Assembly (NCBI GenBank): GCA_022843705.1
Contig: JALHND010000001.1
Location: 26,762 to 90,761 of the forward strand
Direction of reading: 5' to 3'
DNA length: 64,000 nt
Source: Burkholderiales bacterium
Lineage (GTDB): Bacteria > Pseudomonadota > Gammaproteobacteria > Burkholderiales > SG8-41
Below, piece by piece: positions 50,706 to 60,338 of the stretch (position 1 is the first letter of the stretch; every line of letters begins with the position of its first letter). The translations under genes and the position numbers were made by a program. The notes under the pieces were generated by a model, which saw only the letters and a list, made by a program, of their open reading frames with translations, was not told the origin of the DNA and made no database searches.

Positions 50706-52069
50706 CTCCGCTGCAGTGCCGACACCGCATCCGCAAACACCTCGGCGCGGTGCACGTAATTGCGATACATGTCATAACTCGCACAGGCCGGCGACAGCAG
50801 CACGGCGTCACCCGGCTGCGCAGCCCTGAAGGCGAGTTCCACCGCTTCATCCATGTCGCGAGCCTGTTGCAGCGGCACATCACTGCCAACCGCCGCCGCA
50901 ATGCGCGGTCCGTCGCGCCCGATCAGCACGATCGCCCGTGCGCGGCCGCGTGCAGCCGCGGCCAGCGGCGCGAAATCCTGACCTTTGCCGTCTCCGCCGG
51001 CGATCAGCACCACCGGCTCGCGCAATCCGGTCAAAGCTGCGACGGTTGCGCCGACGTTGGTGCCCTTGGAATCGTCGTAGAATGTTATCTCATTGATTTT
51101 ATTGATATTTTTTACGCGATGTGGCAGCCCCTCAAATCGTTGCCAGCCTTCGACAATGGCCCCATCGGCAACACCGATGGCGCGACACAGGGCCCCCGCC
51201 GCCAGCGCGTTGGCCGCGTTGTGCAATCCGGCGACGCGCAACACACCAACCGGCGCCAGTTCAAACGGGCCGCGCTGCAGTGTTGTACCGTCATTGCCGA
51301 GACCCCAGTCCTCGCCGGCAACCGGTGCATCAAGGCCGAAAGTCACCTTGCGCCGGCCGGCGATTGCCATGCCGCGACTCCATCCGTCATCGCGGTTCAG
51401 CAGCTGCAGTCCGTCTCCCGCGAAAATCCGCGCCTTTGCTGCGGCGTATTCGCTCATGCCGTCATAACGGTCGAGATGGTCTTCCGACAGGTTGAGCACC
51501 GTTGCGGCCTGCGGCCGCAGCGACATCGTGCTTTCGAGCTGGAAACTCGAGAGCTCCAGCACGATTGCCCCCGGCATCTCCGCGCCGTCCTCGATGTCGC
51601 TGAGTGCATCCAGCACCGGCAGTCCGATGTTGCCGGCCACCAGCGGCCGCAGACCTGCCGCACGACAGATTTCCCCGGTCATCGCCGTCACCGTGCTCTT
51701 GCCGTTGGAGCCGGTGATGGCCAGCACCGGCGGCGCATCGCCGAGTGCGGCGAGTGCCTGCGAAAAAAGTTCGATGTCACCGACCACCGGAATGCCGCGC
51801 TTCGCCGCGTCGGCCAGCGGGCCGCGGCGACGATCGATGCCCGGGCTCACGGCGATGATCCCGGCGCGCGCAACCTCGTCCTCGGGCACGGCGCCGAGCA
51901 GCAGCGGCAGCCCGGGGCATTCCCGCCGCAAAACCTCCGCTGCGGGCGGCGCAGCGCGCGTGTCCGCGGCGAGGACATTTGCGCCGTGGCGGCTCAACCA
52001 GCGCGCCATCGACAGGCCGGTGTCGCCGAGGCCGATGACCAGGACGCGGGCTCCTGCGAGATCGAGCAT
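50696..52069 (-). CDS. murD: UDP-N-acetylmuramoylalanine--D-glutamate ligase
   Basis: Start at the ATG 52069 gives [20 protein letters not shown]. Contains GSNGKSTV and [11 protein letters not shown]. An in-frame ATG at 52174, 1 nt after the mraY stop, would add 35 aa. Confidence 0.92.
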   Translation of the reverse strand: MLDLAGARVLVIGLGDTGLSMARWLSRHGANVLAADTRAAPPAAEVLRRECPGLPLLLGAVPEDEVARAGIIAVSPGIDRRRGPLADAAKRGIPVVGDIELFSQALAALGDAPPVLAITGSNGKSTVTAMTGEICRAAGLRPLVAGNIGLPVLDALSDIEDGAEMPGAIVLELSSFQLESTMSLRPQAATVLNLSEDHLDRYDGMSEYAAAKARIFAGDGLQLLNRDDGWSRGMAIAGRRKVTFGLDAPVAGEDWGLGNDGTTLQRGPFELAPVGVLRVAGLHNAANALAAGALCRAIGVADGAIVEGWQRFEGLPHRVKNINKINEITFYDDSKGTNVGATVAALTGLREPVVLIAGGDGKGQDFAPLAAAARGRARAIVLIGRDGPRIAAAVGSDVPLQQARDMDEAVELAFRAAQPGDAVLLSPACASYDMYRNYVHRAEVFADAVSALQRRCA

Positions 52070-52175
52070 CAGCAGCACCTCCGCGTCTTCGCGGCGAATC
52101 CGCGCAAGTAGCAGCCTGCCGCAGGCATCTCGGCAGTGGCTGGCATCGCGGGTTCCGGGGGTCGGCATGTGCATC

Positions 52176-53261
52176 TCATCGCAGCTTCAGCGTCGACAGT
52201 CCGATCAATACCAGCATCATCGTGATGATCCAGAAGCGAACGACGACCTGGTTTTCTTTCCAGCCTTTCAGCTCGTAATGGTGGTGCAGCGGCGCCATGC
52301 GGAAAATGCGTCTGCCGGTGAGCTTGAACGAAGCCACCTGCAGCATCACCGACAGCGTTTCGACGACAAACACGCCGCCCATGATGAAAAGCACGATTTC
52401 CTGGCGCACGATCACCGCGATCGTGCCCAGCGCGGCGCCCAGCGCCAGCGCACCGACGTCGCCCATGAACACTTCCGCCGGATAGGCGTTGAACCACAGG
52501 AAGGCCAGCCCGGCACCGGCAATGGCGCCGCAGATCACCGTCAGTTCGCCGGCGCCGGGAATGAACGGGAATCCGAGGTACTTGGCAAACACCGCGTTGC
52601 CGGCGACATACGCGAAGATGCCCAGTGCGCTGCCGACCATCACCGTCGGCATGATTGCCAGTCCGTCGAGCCCGTCGGTCAGGTTCACCGCGTTGCTGGT
52701 GCCGACGATGACGAAATAGGTCATCACGACGAAGCCGATCACCCCCAGCGGATAGGCGACCTGCTTGAAAAACGGCACGATGAATTCGGTCTGCGCCGGC
52801 AGGTTGGTCGAATGCGCGATGAACAGGGCGGCACCGAGGCCGATCACCGACTGCCAGAAAAACTTCGCTTTCGCCGACAATCCCTTGGGATTGCGGTGCA
52901 CCACCTTGCGGTAGTCGTCGATCCAGCCGATCGCGCCGAAACCGATGGTGACGCAGAGCACCACCCAGACGAAGCGGTTGCTGAGATCCGCCCACAGCAG
53001 TGTCGTCACGATGATCGACACCAGGATCAGCGCGCCACCCATCGTCGGCGTGCCGGCCTTGATCAGGTGGGTCTGCGGGCCGTCGTCGCGCACGGCCTGG
53101 CCGATCTTGTAGGCCGCAAGCTTGCGGATCAGTCCGGGCCCGACGATGAACGAAATCACCAGCGAAGTGAGGCAGGCCAGCACCGCGCGCAGCGTGAGGT
53201 AGTTGAACACGTTGAATGCGCGGATATGCTGTTCCAGCCATTGCGCCAGTTCGAGCAGCAT
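52176..53261 (-). CDS. mraY: phospho-N-acetylmuramoyl-pentapeptide transferase
   Basis: 361 aa with ...KAGTPTMGG..., [13 protein letters not shown] and ...HHHYEL. Confidence 0.96.
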   Translation of the reverse strand: MLLELAQWLEQHIRAFNVFNYLTLRAVLACLTSLVISFIVGPGLIRKLAAYKIGQAVRDDGPQTHLIKAGTPTMGGALILVSIIVTTLLWADLSNRFVWVVLCVTIGFGAIGWIDDYRKVVHRNPKGLSAKAKFFWQSVIGLGAALFIAHSTNLPAQTEFIVPFFKQVAYPLGVIGFVVMTYFVIVGTSNAVNLTDGLDGLAIMPTVMVGSALGIFAYVAGNAVFAKYLGFPFIPGAGELTVICGAIAGAGLAFLWFNAYPAEVFMGDVGALALGAALGTIAVIVRQEIVLFIMGGVFVVETLSVMLQVASFKLTGRRIFRMAPLHHHYELKGWKENQVVVRFWIITMMLVLIGLSTLKLR

Positions 53262-53264
53262 CGC

Positions 53265-54626
53265 CTAGCCCTCCGCCACGGAAAATTCGCAACCGCGCAC
53301 GACGCGCTCCATCTGCATGAAGCGCGAACCCTTGACCAGCAGCGCGGTTCGCGGACCGAGGTCCTTGCCGACATCCGCCAGCAGATCCTCGATGCACTGG
53401 TAATGGCGGGCTCCGCCGCCGAAAGCCCGCACCGAGGCAAGGGACAGATCGCCGAGGGCGTACAGCGCATCAATGCCGGATTGCCTGGCATAAGCACCGA
53501 CTTCCTCGTGGAATGCCGCGCCCTGTGCGCCGACCTCGCCCATGTCGCCCAGCACCAGCAGCCTGCGGCCCGGCATGCCCGCAAGCACGTCGATTGCGGC
53601 GCGCACCGAATCGGGATTGGCGTTGTAGGTGTCATCGATCAGGATTGCGCCCCGCAGACCTGCCTTTACCTGCAGCCGTCCCTTGACAGCAGCGAAGCGC
53701 GACAGCGCATCGACGCAGGCGGCCAGCGGCACGCCGGCCGCGGTGGCTGCGGCAATCGCACCCAGCGCATTGCGCGCGTTGTGTTCGCCGGCAAGCGGCA
53801 GTTCAAAAATCGCCTGCGCTTCCGGCGTGGTCACTTCAAGTACCGACGAAGAGGGCCCGGGCCGGCACTGCGCGCGTACGCAGGCGGCGGCGCCCAGTCC
53901 GAAATCGCGCACCTGCCGCGAAGCCGCGGCCTTTTGCCAGGTACCGGCATGCGCATCATCACCATTGATCACCGCCACACCGTCTTCCGGCAGGGCGCGG
54001 ATCAGGCTGGCATGTTCATAGGCGACATCCGCCACCGAATGCATGAATTCCTGGTGTTCCCGCTGTGCGTTATTGATCAGCGCAATGGTCGGTGCGGCGA
54101 TTTCCGCGAGCTGCGCGGTCTCGCCGGGATGGTTCATGCCGATTTCCACCACCGCCGCCCGGTGCGTCTCGCGCAGCGCAAGCAGCGTCAGTGGCAGCCC
54201 GATATGGTTGTTGAGGTTGCCCCGTGTTGCGAGAACCGTGGCCTCGCCGAAACCGGCGCGCAGGCAGGCGGCGATCATCTCCTTGACCGTGGTCTTGCCG
54301 TTGGAGCCGGCAACCGCGATCAGCGGAATGCTGAATCGCCGCCGCCAGTGGGCGGCCAGCGCGGCAAGGGCCGCCGTGGTGTCGGCCACTGCGGCCACCG
54401 GCAGCGGCGCCGGTGCGGCACGGGCACGCTCAACCAGAGCCGCAGCCGCGCCGGCAGCCGTGATCGCCGGCAGAAAATCGTGGCCGTCGAAACGTTCACC
54501 GCGAAGCGCCACGAACAGATCACCCTTGCTGATGCTGCGGCTGTCGGTCGAGACGCCGGAAAAACGCACATCCGCCCCGTGCAGTTCGCCGCCCAGGATC
54601 GCCGCGGCAGTGGCCAGTGTCATCAC
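53265..54626 (-). CDS. murF: UDP-N-acetylmuramoyl-tripeptide--D-alanyl-D-alanine ligase
   Basis: 453 aa with VSTDSR and AVAGSNGKTTVKE. ATGA overlap with the murE stop. Confidence 0.93.
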   Translation of the reverse strand: MMTLATAAAILGGELHGADVRFSGVSTDSRSISKGDLFVALRGERFDGHDFLPAITAAGAAAALVERARAAPAPLPVAAVADTTAALAALAAHWRRRFSIPLIAVAGSNGKTTVKEMIAACLRAGFGEATVLATRGNLNNHIGLPLTLLALRETHRAAVVEIGMNHPGETAQLAEIAAPTIALINNAQREHQEFMHSVADVAYEHASLIRALPEDGVAVINGDDAHAGTWQKAAASRQVRDFGLGAAACVRAQCRPGPSSSVLEVTTPEAQAIFELPLAGEHNARNALGAIAAATAAGVPLAACVDALSRFAAVKGRLQVKAGLRGAILIDDTYNANPDSVRAAIDVLAGMPGRRLLVLGDMGEVGAQGAAFHEEVGAYARQSGIDALYALGDLSLASVRAFGGGARHYQCIEDLLADVGKDLGPRTALLVKGSRFMQMERVVRGCEFSVAEG

Positions 54627-56083
54627 CGCGCCCTCCCCGCCAGGATCGAGCGCACCACGGCCGCATCGCTGAAACGGCGGCGTACGCCACGGATCTCCTG
54701 ATGGTTCTCGTGGCCTTTCCCGGCCACCAGCACAACATCGCCGCGCCGAGCCTCCGCAAGCGCCGTGCGTATCGCCTCGCGCCGGTCGACGATCTTGCGG
54801 TACGCCCCGCGCATACCCTCGGCAACTTCATCGATGATTGCCGCCGGATCCTCGTCGCGCGGATTGTCGCTGGTGACGATCACCCGGTCGGCATGGCGTG
54901 ATGCCACCGCACCCATCAACGGCCGTTTGCCGCGATCACGGCTGCCGCCGCAACCGAACACGCAGAACAGCCGGGACTGCGCACCCGCAATGCCGCGCAG
55001 CGTACGCAGCACTTTTTCAAGCGCGTCCGGGGTATGCGCATAATCCACCACCACCAGCGGCGCCTGGCCGCCGCCGTATCGTTCGGTACGTCCCGGCACG
55101 GGGCCGACCTTTTCCAGCGCGGCCACTGAACGCTCAAGATCCATGCCGCTCGCCAGCAGGACCGTCAGCGAGCCGAGCAGATTGGCCGCATTGAAGCCCC
55201 CGATCAGCGGACTGCGCAGCTTCGCCCTGCCCCAGGGCGAGGCGATCTCGAAGGCCATGCCGTCGAGACCAAGCCTGAGATTGCGTCCTTCAACACAGTC
55301 TTTGCGGGAACGCGCGGCGTTGCGGCCGAAACCGTAACCGATCAGTTCCGCGCGACGGTGTCTCCAGCGCAGCGCGAGCTCGCGCCCGAAAGCATCATCA
55401 AGATTGACCACTGCACGGCCCAGCGTCGGCCAGCGGAACAGCTTCGCCTTCGCGGCCTTGTAGCTGCGCATGGTGCCGTGATAATCGAGATGGTCGCGCG
55501 ACAGGTTGGTCAGCATTGCCACGTCGAACTCGACGCCGGAAAGCCGGTCCTGGTCCAGCCCGTGGGAAGACACCTCCATGCACACCGCACGCGCGCCGGC
55601 GCGGGCAAAGCCGCGCATGCGCCCCTGCAGCGTCACCGCATCCGGCGTGGTGTTCGTCTGGATATCCAGCCGGCCCGGGAAACCGCTGCCGAGAGTGCCG
55701 ATCACCGCACATTTTCGCCGCATCCGGGTCAGCGATTGCGCGACCCACTGGCTGCACGAGGTCTTGCCGTTGGTGCCGGTGATGCCGATGGTCCACAGCG
55801 CCGTGCCGGGCCTGCCATAAATCTCGGCGGCAATGACCCCGGCCTCCCGTCGCAGGCCGGGAATGCCGAGATTCGGCACCCGCCACTTCCGGTTCCAGGC
55901 ATAACCCGCGGAGTCCCACAGCACCGAGCTGGCGCCGTTGGCAAGCGCCTGCGCGATGAAATCGCGGCCGTCGCGCGACTCACCCGGGTAGGCCACAAAG
56001 GTATCGCCGGCCCTGACCGCGCGGCTGTCCACGGTCAGCCGGCGCACGCCCAGCTTGCGCACTGCCTGGAGGTCGACGGCCAT
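54623..56083 (-). CDS. murE: UDP-N-acetylmuramoyl-L-alanyl-D-glutamate--2,6-diaminopimelate ligase
   Basis: 486 aa with LTVDSRAV, GITGTNGKTS, and a DNPR motif (VTSDNPRDEDP). Confidence 0.94.
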   Translation of the reverse strand: MAVDLQAVRKLGVRRLTVDSRAVRAGDTFVAYPGESRDGRDFIAQALANGASSVLWDSAGYAWNRKWRVPNLGIPGLRREAGVIAAEIYGRPGTALWTIGITGTNGKTSCSQWVAQSLTRMRRKCAVIGTLGSGFPGRLDIQTNTTPDAVTLQGRMRGFARAGARAVCMEVSSHGLDQDRLSGVEFDVAMLTNLSRDHLDYHGTMRSYKAAKAKLFRWPTLGRAVVNLDDAFGRELALRWRHRRAELIGYGFGRNAARSRKDCVEGRNLRLGLDGMAFEIASPWGRAKLRSPLIGGFNAANLLGSLTVLLASGMDLERSVAALEKVGPVPGRTERYGGGQAPLVVVDYAHTPDALEKVLRTLRGIAGAQSRLFCVFGCGGSRDRGKRPLMGAVASRHADRVIVTSDNPRDEDPAAIIDEVAEGMRGAYRKIVDRREAIRTALAEARRGDVVLVAGKGHENHQEIRGVRRRFSDAAVVRSILAGRAR

Positions 56084-57816
56084 CAGACCTCCTCCCGCAC
56101 CAGCGGTGCATCTTCGGGCGCCAGCATCGTCGTCCTGCCCGGCGCATCTGGCGGCACCGCGAGGAAACGCAGAGTGCCGGCAGTCACCTGGCTGAACACC
56201 GGCGCCGCCACCGCACCACCGTAGTGCTGGCCTGCAGAGGGCTCATCGATCATCACCGCGACAATCACCCGCGGCCGTGATGCCGGGGCCATGCCGACGA
56301 ACGATGACACATAACGATTGGCGGCATATCCCTTGCCCTCGAGCTTGTGCGCCGTGCCGGTTTTGCCGGCGACGGTATAACCCGAAATCTGGGCGCCGGG
56401 GGCGGTGCCGCCGGGTTGCGCCGCCATTTCAAGCATCTGGCGCACCGCCAGCGCAGTCTGCGCTGAAACGACCCGTGTCCCCTGTGCCGGGCTGTCGCGC
56501 TTGAGCAGAGTCACCGGATACAGAACGCCGTCGGACGCGAATATGGTGTAGGAGCGTGCAAGTTGCAGCAGCGACACCGAGATGCCGTAGCCGTAAGACA
56601 TCGTTGCCTGCTCGATCGGCCTCCAGGTGTTGTGCGCGCGCAGCCGCCCCGAAACCTCGCCGGGGAAGCCGGAGCGCGGCGGTGCACCGAATCCGGCGCG
56701 GCTGAACAGGCTCCACAGTATTTCGGAGGGCATTGCCAACCCCATCTTGGCGGTGCCGACATTGGACGATTTCTGGATCACCTGGGCCACCGTCAGCGCG
56801 CCCTGCGGATGCGCATCACGGATGGTGCGACTGCCGATGGTCAACTGCCCCGGGGCGGTCTGGATCACGGTGCCGGCCTGGAACAGACCCGCCTCGAGGG
56901 CTGCTGCCGCGGTGAAGGGCTTCAGCGTCGACCCGGGCTCGAAAAGATCGGTCACGGCGCGGTTGCGGGTACGCTGGGCGTCGAGTTTGCCGCGGTTGTT
57001 CGGGTTGTACGCCGGCAGGTTCGCCATTGCCAGGATTTCCCCGGTGGCCACGTCAAGCACGACGATACCGCCGGCTTTTGCGCGATGGGCCGCCACCGCC
57101 GACTTCAGCTCGCGGAAAGCGAGATACTGGATGCGGGCATCGATCGACAGGCGCAGCTGCTGTCCGTTCTGCGGCACGCGGATGCTTTCCACATCCTCGA
57201 CGATGCGGCCGAGACGGTCCTTGATTACCCGCCGGCTGCCGGCCTTGCCGGCCAGCGACTCCTCGAATGCGAGTTCCAGCGCCTCCTGCCCCTTGTCGTC
57301 CACACCCGTGAAACCGATGATGTGCGACATCACTTCGCCGGCAGGGTAATAACGGCGATGTTCGCGCTGCAGGAACACGCCGGGGATGCCAAGCTGAACC
57401 ACGCGTTCGGCCTGGTCCGGCGGCAACTGGCGCTTGAGGTAGACAAACTCGCGCCGCGTATCGGCGAGGCGCGCGCGCAGCTCTTCATTGCTGATGCCCA
57501 GCAGCCGGGCAAGCCTGCGCAATGCGGCAGGATCCGCCTCGACGTCAGCCGGACTGGCCGCCACCGATTCGACCGGCGTCGAAATCGCCAGCGGCTCGTT
57601 GTTGCGGTCAACGATCATGCCGCGGCTGGCACCGATCTCGACCACCCGCGAATAACGCGATTCCCCCTTGCGCTGCAGGAAATCGTTGTTCAGTGCCTGC
57701 AGCCACAGCGCCCGGCCGGCCAGCCCGACGAACCAGGCGCCGAGCACGAGCAGCAGCAGGTTCGCGCGCCAGCGCGGCAGGCTGGGCGACTGTTCGCGCG
57801 CGGACTGCGGCTTCAC
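56083..57816 (-). CDS. ftsI: peptidoglycan D,D-transpeptidase FtsI (PBP3)
   Basis: 577 aa with an N-terminal TM, the transpeptidase motifs STLKP, SSN and KTGT. Confidence 0.94.
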   Translation of the reverse strand: MKPQSAREQSPSLPRWRANLLLLVLGAWFVGLAGRALWLQALNNDFLQRKGESRYSRVVEIGASRGMIVDRNNEPLAISTPVESVAASPADVEADPAALRRLARLLGISNEELRARLADTRREFVYLKRQLPPDQAERVVQLGIPGVFLQREHRRYYPAGEVMSHIIGFTGVDDKGQEALELAFEESLAGKAGSRRVIKDRLGRIVEDVESIRVPQNGQQLRLSIDARIQYLAFRELKSAVAAHRAKAGGIVVLDVATGEILAMANLPAYNPNNRGKLDAQRTRNRAVTDLFEPGSTLKPFTAAAALEAGLFQAGTVIQTAPGQLTIGSRTIRDAHPQGALTVAQVIQKSSNVGTAKMGLAMPSEILWSLFSRAGFGAPPRSGFPGEVSGRLRAHNTWRPIEQATMSYGYGISVSLLQLARSYTIFASDGVLYPVTLLKRDSPAQGTRVVSAQTALAVRQMLEMAAQPGGTAPGAQISGYTVAGKTGTAHKLEGKGYAANRYVSSFVGMAPASRPRVIVAVMIDEPSAGQHYGGAVAAPVFSQVTAGTLRFLAVPPDAPGRTTMLAPEDAPLVREEV

Positions 57817-58097
57817 TGCGCGTTCTCCGTGCGTGCCGCCGGCACCACTTCAATCCGCCCCTGGTGCGGCAGACGCATGCCGAGTTCACGGGTGGCGATG
57901 CGCTCGATGCGGCTGTGCGTCGCCCAGGTACCCTGTTCAAGCTGCAACTGCCCCCATTCGTCATCAAGCTGCTTCGCCGCCGCCTGCTCCTTCTGCAGCT
58001 CGACGTAAAGCTTGCGCGCCTTGTGCTGGGCGGTGACCAGCGCAAACGCGCAGACGATCAGCGCGGCGAGCAGGATGAATGCAAGGCGTGCGGTCAA
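57813..58097 (-). CDS. ftsL: cell division protein FtsL
   Basis: 94 aa with a single TM ([17 protein letters not shown]) then a coiled coil. ATGA overlaps on both sides. Conserved dcw position. Confidence 0.85.
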   Translation of the reverse strand: MTARLAFILLAALIVCAFALVTAQHKARKLYVELQKEQAAAKQLDDEWGQLQLEQGTWATHSRIERIATRELGMRLPHQGRIEVVPAARTENAQ

Positions 58098-59032
58098 GCC
58101 GCCTCCGCTCCGGTGCGTTCCGCAACCCGCATCACTGCGCTGCGCGCGCGCGGATTCACGGCCACTTCCTGTGCCGCAGGACGCCGGGCGCGGCCGACAA
58201 GCCGCATCCTGGGTTGCGGCAGATCGCGGGCGCGCACCGGCAGCCGGGCGGGCAGGCTGTCAGCCCGGGACTCGGCGCGCATAAAACGCTTGACGATCCT
58301 GTCCTCCAGGGAATGAAAGCTGATCACCACCAGGCGTCCGCCCGGATGCAGCAGGGCCACGCACTGGGGCAGCACTACCGATAGCTCCTCGAGCTCCTGA
58401 TTGACGTGAATCCGTAGAGCCTGAAACGTGCGCGTCGCCGGATCCTGGCGTGGCTCGCGCGCGGGAACGGCTTCTGCCACGAGCGTGGCAAGTTTTCGTG
58501 TGGTGTCAACAGGTCCCCGCGCCCTAGCCGCAACAATCGCTGCTGCAATCTGTTTAGCAAACCGTTCTTCGCCATAGTCCCTGATGACCTCCCTGATGTC
58601 CGCCTCTTCCGCCGTCGCCAGCCATTGCGCCGCGCTGACGCCCTGCCCCGGATCCATGCGCATGTCCAGCGGCGCATCCCCCCTGAAACTGAATCCGCGC
58701 CGCACATCGTCGATCTGCGGCGACGACACGCCGAGGTCCAGCAGCAGGCCATCCACTGCCGTCACGCCCGCACCACGCAGCTTTTCACCCACCCCGCTGA
58801 ACGCGCCGTGCAGCATCGTGAACCGCGGATCGTTGATCGCCCTTGCGGCCTGCACCGCCTCGGGATCGCGATCCAGCGCCAGCAGGCGCCCCGTGCTGCC
58901 GAGCCGCTCGAGGATCAGCCGGCTGTGGCCGCCGCGCCCGAAAGTGCAATCGACGTAAACGCCGCCGGACCGGATGTTCAATGCCTCCATGGCTTCCTGC
59001 GCGAGCACCGCGGCATGCGCGCCGTGCGTCAC
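58094..59032 (-). CDS. rsmH: 16S rRNA (cytosine1402-N4)-methyltransferase RsmH
   Basis: 312 aa with [13 protein letters not shown] and DLGVSSPQ. Confidence 0.95.
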   Translation of the reverse strand: MTHGAHAAVLAQEAMEALNIRSGGVYVDCTFGRGGHSRLILERLGSTGRLLALDRDPEAVQAARAINDPRFTMLHGAFSGVGEKLRGAGVTAVDGLLLDLGVSSPQIDDVRRGFSFRGDAPLDMRMDPGQGVSAAQWLATAEEADIREVIRDYGEERFAKQIAAAIVAARARGPVDTTRKLATLVAEAVPAREPRQDPATRTFQALRIHVNQELEELSVVLPQCVALLHPGGRLVVISFHSLEDRIVKRFMRAESRADSLPARLPVRARDLPQPRMRLVGRARRPAAQEVAVNPRARSAVMRVAERTGAEAA

Positions 59033-59475
59033 AAGGAGAAATCCTCCAGCTCCGCCGGCAATCCGCCGGCACCGAAGCCGCCCGCGCCGTCAATCAGCTG
59101 CGTCCAGCGTTCGTCATTCCAAAGTTCGAATTTTTTTCCCTGCCCGACCAGAACGACGCTCTTTTCAAGCTGCGCGTAACGGCGCAGTTCGGGCGTGATC
59201 AGCACACGACCCGCGCCGTCCATGTCGACATCGACAGCAAAGCCGATCAGGCGCCGCTGCAGTTCCCGTACGCGAGGGTCGAGATTCGACAGGCCTTCGA
59301 GTTTTTGCTGGATGAGTTCCCAGTCAGGCAGCGGATAGACCAGCAGGCAGCGGTCGGCATCCGCGGTAATCACCAGATGGCCCGCGCAACGCTCGAGCAA
59401 GGCATCGCGATGGCGTGCGGGCACCGCAAGCCGGCCTTTGCTGTCGAGATTGAGTTGTGCGACCCCGCGAAACAC
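59029..59475 (-). CDS. mraZ: transcriptional regulator MraZ
   Basis: GTG start at 59475, after AAAGGGGGGG, gives [23 protein letters not shown]. The second SpoVT/AbrB-like repeat reads [14 protein letters not shown]. Confidence 0.9.
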   Translation of the reverse strand: MFRGVAQLNLDSKGRLAVPARHRDALLERCAGHLVITADADRCLLVYPLPDWELIQQKLEGLSNLDPRVRELQRRLIGFAVDVDMDGAGRVLITPELRRYAQLEKSVVLVGQGKKFELWNDERWTQLIDGAGGFGAGGLPAELEDFSL

Positions 59476-59531
59476 GGTTCCCCCCCTTTGCCCGTGAAAG
59501 CCCGCCTCGCCGGAGATCCGGCAGGCATTTC

Positions 59532-59557
59532 TCCCACTTTCTACCACTTCATCCCAC
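59532..59557 (-). promoter_or_regulatory. three direct GTGGGA/GTGGTA boxes at 10-bp spacing (candidate MraZ operator)
   Basis: Minus strand reads GTGGGAtgaaGTGGTAgaaaGTGGGA, immediately downstream of the predicted -10 and about 60-80 nt upstream of the mraZ start. Confidence 0.5.
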
Positions 59558-59584
59558 TATAAATAACTGAGGGATGCGGGTCAA
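59556..59584 (-). promoter_or_regulatory. candidate Pmra sigma70 promoter (TTGACC-17 nt-TATAGT)
   Basis: On the minus strand, TTGACC (59584-59579) and TATAGT (59561-59556) with an exact 17-nt spacer. Confidence 0.5.
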
Positions 59585-59811
59585 GGGTCGAATTCCGAAA
59601 TTCCTTTTTAATGACAACGACTTACGGCGACTTGTTGAGGCCTGATTTCAGGGTTTTTTGTCCCAGAAATAAGTCAATCAAAACAAAAGGATATTACGCG
59701 TACTGAAAGTAGCGCATTAAGTAATTATGCTTAAAAATCAGGCAATTACAGGAATTCGCTGCGTCGCCGGACAGCGACATCCTGTCCGATGGCAGTTTTC
59801 GGACTGAGGAA

Positions 59812-60301
59812 AGGTGAAGCTGGCCGGTAAGCCGGGTTCTGTCGTGGACAGCCATTCCTCTGGGCCGGACATCGCTGGCCGGCTCAAGCCACCTACCCGC
59901 AAGCTCGGCGGGACGCGTCATCGCTTGCCTATGCGGTGTTGCTCCGGGTGGAGGTTACCGTGCCATTCGCGTTACCGCGAACGCGGTGCGCTCTTACCGC
60001 ACCTTTTCACCCTTGCCTGATCCGCCGCAATCCGCTTGCACGAACTGCGCGGGCGCTTGCGCGCCCCTTACGGGGCGCCCGCACACCCCCTTCCCATTCA
60101 AGGGAGACTTTGCGGCGCTCGCGCGCCGCAAAGCCGGGCGGCCATCGGCGGTTCGTTCTCTGTGGCCCTGTTCCTCGCCTCGCGGCGGACGGGTGTTACC
60201 CGTCACCCTACCCTGTGGAGCCCGGACTTTCCTCTATGCGCGGCACGGACAAGTTGCCCCATCCGGTTTGCTCCGCGCACAGCGGCTGCCTGGCCAGCTT
60301 C
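59812..60301 (-). ncRNA. rnpB: RNase P RNA, bacterial type A, with expanded P12
   Basis: The reverse complement begins GAAGCUGGCCAGG... and ends ...CCGGCCAGCUUCACCU (P1 pairing). It contains the universal GAGGAAAGUCCGGGCUCCA, ACAGAGAACGAACCGCCGAUGGCC, GGUGCGGUAAGAGCGCACCGCG, CUCCACCCGGAGCAA and UGUCCACGACAGAACCCGGCUUA, matching E. coli M1 RNA as I recall it. Ends are accurate to a few nt. Confidence 0.9.
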
Positions 60302-60338
60302 GCCGCGGATGGTAGCACGCGGCTGCGGAAACGCCGGA

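Noticed and set aside
51492-54701. 1069-aa ORF on the + strand, the longest ORF in the track
   Set aside because: It lies entirely antisense to murD, mraY and murF, which all have unmistakable family motifs. Its product is low-complexity and Arg/Ala/Ser/Pro/Gly-rich. This is a typical shadow ORF of GC-rich DNA, where stop codons are rare.
59641-59659. CCTG-ATTT-CAGG plus T6 on the + strand upstream of Pmra
   Set aside because: The stem is only 4 bp, and no + strand gene ends nearby that it could terminate.
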